A stretch of DNA of 64,000 bases from an uncultured Bacteroidota bacterium (GTDB lineage Bacteria; Bacteroidota; Ignavibacteria; UBA10030; UBA6906), in contig CAVOYH010000003.1 of NCBI GenBank assembly GCA_963700635.1, forward strand, positions 384,001 to 448,000. The letters run 5' to 3'. A program made the position numbers and the translations under genes. Positions 59,458 through 64,000 of the stretch are shown one piece after another; position 1 is the first letter of the stretch, and each line of letters starts with the position of its first letter. The notes beneath the pieces were generated by a model. That model was not told the origin of the DNA and ran no database searches. It saw only the letters and a program-made list of their open reading frames with translations.

Positions 59458-59952
59458 CTAGTCCGTGCGGAAGATTACCTGACCTGGCGCGCGAAGGAGT
59501 TGAGTCACTCCAGCACCGGACCTCACGCGAACGATCGCATCAACGGAAACGTCAGGCCCCCAGTACGGACCATTCCTGACAATCCGGCAAATCTGGTTGG
59601 GTCTTAATTCCCCCGGAGGCATCGTTTGTTTCTGAAGCCAGGCCTTCCAGATAGTATCTCCATAGACCAGCCACACAGCATCGGCAGATAGTGGTACGGT
59701 GAGCCTCGCTGTATCCGTCGCGGTAAGATAGAACACCCCTTGCAGCGGACGTCCATCAGGAGGACTGACAGGCATGAAGTCCCTCCAGAGGAATGTAGAA
59801 AGGGTAAAGTGCCTTCCATCGGCTCTTACCGTATCACGGGCCGCCAGAAGTTCTGCTCTGGGTATGTCCGGCGGCATCGGGGCTAATGGCTCACCGGCAT
59901 CGGAACAACCAACAGACCAGACGATCATAAGCACAACGGTGTATTTTTTCAT
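59458..59952 (-). CDS. hypothetical lipoprotein
   Basis: MKKYTVVLMIVWSVGC lipobox; LWRDFMP...GPYWGPD; upstream TTGACA-16-TAATAT at 60068-60041. Confidence 0.7.
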   Translation of the reverse strand: MKKYTVVLMIVWSVGCSDAGEPLAPMPPDIPRAELLAARDTVRADGRHFTLSTFLWRDFMPVSPPDGRPLQGVFYLTATDTARLTVPLSADAVWLVYGDTIWKAWLQKQTMPPGELRPNQICRIVRNGPYWGPDVSVDAIVRVRSGAGVTQLLRAPGQVIFRTD

Positions 59953-60144
59953 AGGCGCTCTGGTGAATCCCCTCATCTCATACCTCCTGGTTTCGCCGGT
60001 CCGTGAGTGTGGGGCTGACTTTGAATCACATGGAGACTCAATATTAGACGGACAACCGAGAATGTCAACATTTCCCACAACACCCCCGCCAGCCGCCAGG
60101 ATGGTCTTTCGGGCAGAACAGGATGGCAACCGAACACCTCGATT

Positions 60145-60930
60145 TTAGAGTACCAGTCTCTCATACTCGTACTTGACCATTTCGTGGCCGTATGTTCTCT
60201 CCAGACGGCGCACGGTGAAATGCCCCCTTGCCATGTTCTGGAAATGATCGATAAAGACGAGATTGATGATCGCCCCACCCGCAGCCCCGACCACGGGGAC
60301 CGCCTGAAGGGCCACTTTTTCTGAAACCTGAATCCCAAATCGTTCTGCGATCTGAATGACGAGCCGCACGAAGGGGGGAGCACCCTCCTTGGCGATTCCT
60401 CTCTCCGCAATGTACTGGGCTGCCTCTGATATCGCCTTTGCCAGCGCCGCCCGCACTGCAAAGTAGCCTGTCTCGGAAGCATCATCATGCGGTGCGCGTC
60501 CGCCCAGCGCAAACACTTCCAGGCATGCAAGTTGTGATCGCGTTTCTTTCAAGTCTTCCCCGTGGCTCCGCGCGATATCAGCAATTGATCGAAGCATGAT
60601 CGTGGTGGAGAGGGGGAGTTCGACAACCAGCGCAGGCAGACCGAAGGCGCCACCGCCGGCCCCGGTCGCGACCGCAGCGATCTTGTGCAGGAAATCGCCC
60701 GAATTCCGATTCCTTGGAGTACCCATCGTGTGAAGAGCAACTGTAAGTGCAGCGTGGAGCGATTTCTGTGTGGCTTCGGTAACAACCTGCCGCAGTCTTT
60801 GCGGCAGCAACTCAATCCCCTTTTCGACTGGTTTGCCAAGCAGGTGTACCACTTTTGCGGCCAGACCCGGGTTTTCTAAGATCTGTTTTGCTCCACGAAG
60901 TTCTTGCAGGTCTTCAAACGACATCGGCAT
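60145..60930 (-). CDS. EcsC family protein
   Basis: GGAFGL, TTIMLRSIADIAR, CLEVFALGG, VPVVGAAGG. Confidence 0.88.
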   Translation of the reverse strand: MPMSFEDLQELRGAKQILENPGLAAKVVHLLGKPVEKGIELLPQRLRQVVTEATQKSLHAALTVALHTMGTPRNRNSGDFLHKIAAVATGAGGGAFGLPALVVELPLSTTIMLRSIADIARSHGEDLKETRSQLACLEVFALGGRAPHDDASETGYFAVRAALAKAISEAAQYIAERGIAKEGAPPFVRLVIQIAERFGIQVSEKVALQAVPVVGAAGGAIINLVFIDHFQNMARGHFTVRRLERTYGHEMVKYEYERLVL

Positions 60931-60969
60931 ACACTCATCTCCATCCTCTACGCTGACCTCCCGCTCGAT

Positions 60970-62217
60970 TCACGGTGCGGCGGAAGAAGTGCCAGCAGAT
61001 CCGTTATTCAGAAATCTGCCCGTAAGTCTCTTGTGCCACTGTACGTCATTCCAGTTTTCGAACTGCGGTTGCACGTAGTTGTGCGGCGTCCACCCCCACA
61101 TCCTGTGTGCAATCGCACCATCGACACTCATTTCGGCCCACTCAAGCAGCCATTCCCAATCCAGATCGGGATGATCGACATAGTACCAGGTTGCCCATGA
61201 TTCGCTGGTCGTAAGCGGCATACCCTGGCGGCCGGCCCAGGAAGAAAAACTGGCAAGCTTGTGCTGCTGCTTCTGGAAGGTCATGGGCATTACCGCATTC
61301 CGGGCTTTTCGGCAACGGTCGCTGAATTCCCTGAACCATGTATCGTCGGTGTACATGCCGTGCGTCACCCACTCATCGAATTTTGTCCGGTTGATCCACC
61401 GTTGATCGGCGTCAAGATAAAAATGGACGTCCAGACAGTCAAAATGTAACGGCACGCTCAGCCATCTCTCATCACCATGGATCGAGGCCGTGAACCGTAA
61501 CTCGGGGAATTCTCTCTGCAACAGCCTCATCGCTCCATTAAGATCGTCTGAAAGGAACTCGATCTGCTCGGATGTGAACGGAAGCCCTTGGTCCCAGTCC
61601 AATCCTACCTTTTCCCTCAGAAGCTGTTTGTATCCTTTTAAAAAGAACGGCACTTCGTTGTGAATGTCAACATAGAGCAGCCGGTCAAACCCAAAAATCT
61701 TTTTCCATTGCAGGAGGAATTCTATCCAGATCTCGGCGGCTTCTCTGTGGTCCTGGGGGATACGTTTTACAGCCGGCGAAATCCCCCCCTTCCCGCACCA
61801 GTTTGTTTCATCGAACCACCAGGTGCTGAGCGTATAGGAGAGCTGCTTCTTCAGTACCGTGTGCATGAATTCGATCAGCCATTGACCGGCTGGACCGGTG
61901 CATGCCTGGCGGTTTCCCCAGGGAAAGAACGGACGCTGCGGGTCAGCCCATTGTAATGTCGTTTGCGGGCTCTCCAGGTCGATCAGATTCGGCAGCGGGT
62001 CAATGCGGACCGTATTGTATCCCCGCTCCGATGCTTCGTCCAGGACCTTTGTATAATCGGCGAAGGACTCGCCAGGGAGATGGCGGACGAGATAGGCCTG
62101 GTCCCACATCATAATCGTCAGGCGTGCGGGATCCAGCAATTTCCTGCAATCGAACTTCGTTTCAATGTCCGCACTTCTATAGTCTGTAGTACCCGTTACC
62201 TGCCGTGGAAAATCCAT
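60970..62217 (-). CDS. cellulase-like (clan GH-A) glycoside hydrolase
   Basis: GYNTVRID, HNEVP (acid/base), DVHFY, TSESW (nucleophile). Confidence 0.75.
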   Translation of the reverse strand: MDFPRQVTGTTDYRSADIETKFDCRKLLDPARLTIMMWDQAYLVRHLPGESFADYTKVLDEASERGYNTVRIDPLPNLIDLESPQTTLQWADPQRPFFPWGNRQACTGPAGQWLIEFMHTVLKKQLSYTLSTWWFDETNWCGKGGISPAVKRIPQDHREAAEIWIEFLLQWKKIFGFDRLLYVDIHNEVPFFLKGYKQLLREKVGLDWDQGLPFTSEQIEFLSDDLNGAMRLLQREFPELRFTASIHGDERWLSVPLHFDCLDVHFYLDADQRWINRTKFDEWVTHGMYTDDTWFREFSDRCRKARNAVMPMTFQKQQHKLASFSSWAGRQGMPLTTSESWATWYYVDHPDLDWEWLLEWAEMSVDGAIAHRMWGWTPHNYVQPQFENWNDVQWHKRLTGRFLNNGSAGTSSAAP

Positions 62218-62225
62218 AATATCCT

Positions 62226-64000
62226 CTAGAGTTCGTTGGTGCTATTCATGACTCGCTGAACCTCTTCCGGCAACACGCCCGGCCAACCGCCGCGTCGTGT
62301 GCCTTCTCGAACAATCGTCGTCAGCAACTCATCAAACCCTTCCGGTTTTTCCGGGAAACGATGCGCATTGTCGGACCACATGTTCTGTCCTTTGTTGAGG
62401 AATATCACTCCCGGATGCGTTTGTGCCCAAACTACGTTGCCGGTCACCACCGCGCCGTCAACATTGTCATCCAGGTAGATTGCAAACACCCACTTCTGCC
62501 CCTCGATCGAGGTGTTCCCTCGTTTCATGAGGTTGCTGTAGTAGAGGTTTCCCATTCCGGTCGACCAGGAATAGAGCGGAGCACCGTCACTCAGCACTTC
62601 CAGATAGTCGATAATGATATTGTGATGAACTTTGTTGTCTGTCGAATGGAGATACGGTTTGAAAGTTTCCCGGGTGAACCGGGAAGCCCGTCCGTCCGGG
62701 AAGTCCTCCCAGCGAGTGAAGTATTGCGCTCGTGCTTTCCCGTATGCATCCACACCGCCGGGGTCGGTGAGATCCACGTTGTTTGACCTGGGATCTCCGT
62801 TGTAGGCATCCCAGTTGGCGCCGCAAATCTGGACACCGACATAGGGAACATGATTGATGATGTTGAAGGAGATGTCGTTCGAACCGGCCTGATAGACCGT
62901 TACGGCTGCGGAATGCAGGTATCCACCCGTGCCGGTGTGATGAATATGGTTGTGCGATATGGTGTTTTTTCTGTTCACATCCTTGAGTCCGGGTCCGTAC
63001 CCCTGCAGAAGGACGCCGCCGCACCCCATGTGGCCCATCTCGTTGTGAAGAACGGCGATATTTTGCGCATACTTCTCGAGATCAACCGCGTAGCTGCCGC
63101 TCCACAGAAACGTGCAATGTGAAATCCGGACGTGCTCTGCATCCTCCACGGAGATCATTGCGTCAGGTAATTCTGCCTGCCGTTTTATCCATTCTTCAGG
63201 CCAGACGTCTTCGGGCATTCGATCTGTGTATCTGAACTCGATTCCACGTATGTGAATATTACGTACCAGTCCACTGCCCTCTTCGTCGCCTTGTATGTGA
63301 ATCAAACGATAGAGTACCGGCGCGATGATTTCGTCACCGGGTTGAATTGTCCCTGAGGTGGGAAACAGATAGACCTTGCCCTCCGAACTGTCGATCGCCC
63401 ACTCGCCGGGCTCATCAATATACCCTACAGAGTTGAGGAGATTGTAATTCCCCTCCAGGAACGAATCGGCCCAAAACGTGGTGGGATTCTTGCTGTGCCG
63501 GTACGCGGTCGACCGGGCGGGATCAATTCCCCGGAGAACGGAGAGGGTGTTCCAGAAATTTACAGGCAGCAGATTCATTTCAATCTGCCCGTCCATCCCC
63601 TCCAGGTTGTCCAGTTCCCCCTCCCTGAAGACAAGTTGCTGCCCCCCTTCTCCAACCGGGCCAATGTGCACCGGTTTCGGCCATTGAAACCACTCATCTG
63701 TATTGTAAAGTCTCGCGAGCCGTTGCGGTACACCGTTGACGTACAGAAAATGGAATTTCCATCCCTTCCTGACCGAGGCGACGTAGATCCGCCCGGCGAG
63801 CTCTTGCCGCATGCCTTTTACTCTCCCGGTCAACAGCTCCCATCCCTCGACAAGTTTCCCACCCATCACCACTGCCTTTTCGCCGGGGTACGCGGCATAG
63901 ACAATCGGCGCACTCTCCTCGCCTGAATCTTCCGGACGCAGCGTAAACGTCTCATCCCTGAAGTGTCGTCCCTCTCTGAGGAACACGGTCACACCCCCGC
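62226..64000 (-). CDS. right-handed beta-helix carbohydrate-active protein (GH141-like), 5' end beyond window
   Basis: LREGRH...YAAYPGE, DEPGEW, repeated NxIxH coils, DGAPLY, IYLDD. Confidence 0.8.
   Translation of the reverse strand, partial: GGVTVFLREGRHFRDETFTLRPEDSGEESAPIVYAAYPGEKAVVMGGKLVEGWELLTGRVKGMRQELAGRIYVASVRKGWKFHFLYVNGVPQRLARLYNTDEWFQWPKPVHIGPVGEGGQQLVFREGELDNLEGMDGQIEMNLLPVNFWNTLSVLRGIDPARSTAYRHSKNPTTFWADSFLEGNYNLLNSVGYIDEPGEWAIDSSEGKVYLFPTSGTIQPGDEIIAPVLYRLIHIQGDEEGSGLVRNIHIRGIEFRYTDRMPEDVWPEEWIKRQAELPDAMISVEDAEHVRISHCTFLWSGSYAVDLEKYAQNIAVLHNEMGHMGCGGVLLQGYGPGLKDVNRKNTISHNHIHHTGTGGYLHSAAVTVYQAGSNDISFNIINHVPYVGVQICGANWDAYNGDPRSNNVDLTDPGGVDAYGKARAQYFTRWEDFPDGRASRFTRETFKPYLHSTDNKVHHNIIIDYLEVLSDGAPLYSWSTGMGNLYYSNLMKRGNTSIEGQKWVFAIYLDDNVDGAVVTGNVVWAQTHPGVIFLNKGQNMWSDNAHRFPEKPEGFDELLTTIVREGTRRGGWPGVLPEEVQRVMNSTNEL

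Overview
Chromosomal window with no rRNA, tRNA, CRISPR array, prophage or intact IS found. T9SS C-terminal domains (LxQNYPNPFN...), a PorV-like barrel and E. coli-type sigma70 promoters suggest an Ignavibacteria/Chlorobi-related lineage (inference). Layout: 1-10 kb has two T9SS cargo proteins (M14 carboxypeptidase; OB-fold/FN3/double-HKD PLD) divergent from a TonB-dependent receptor (TBDR). 10-16 kb has a class V aminotransferase plus DUF1015, a CI/LexA-like repressor divergent from DUF72 with a clear operator, and an apparently catalytically dead RAYT-like protein with a repeat-encoded Ser-rich tail. 16.7-31 kb is a ~14 kb minus-strand surface operon (variant-CTD protein, OB-fold CTD protein, lipoprotein, TBDR, PorV-like barrel, propeller lipoprotein, patatin-POTRA-barrel). 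31-46 kb is housekeeping (BatA/vWA, hflX, suhB, pdp, pyrE, murI, glnD, rmuC). 46-64 kb is an accessory tract with two pseudogenes. The best candidates for an undescribed system are the TBDR/PorV/OB-fold operon together with the PLD-TBDR divergon (putative extracellular nucleic-acid capture and uptake) and the repressor-DUF72 switch. All family calls come from motif reading, not database searches.
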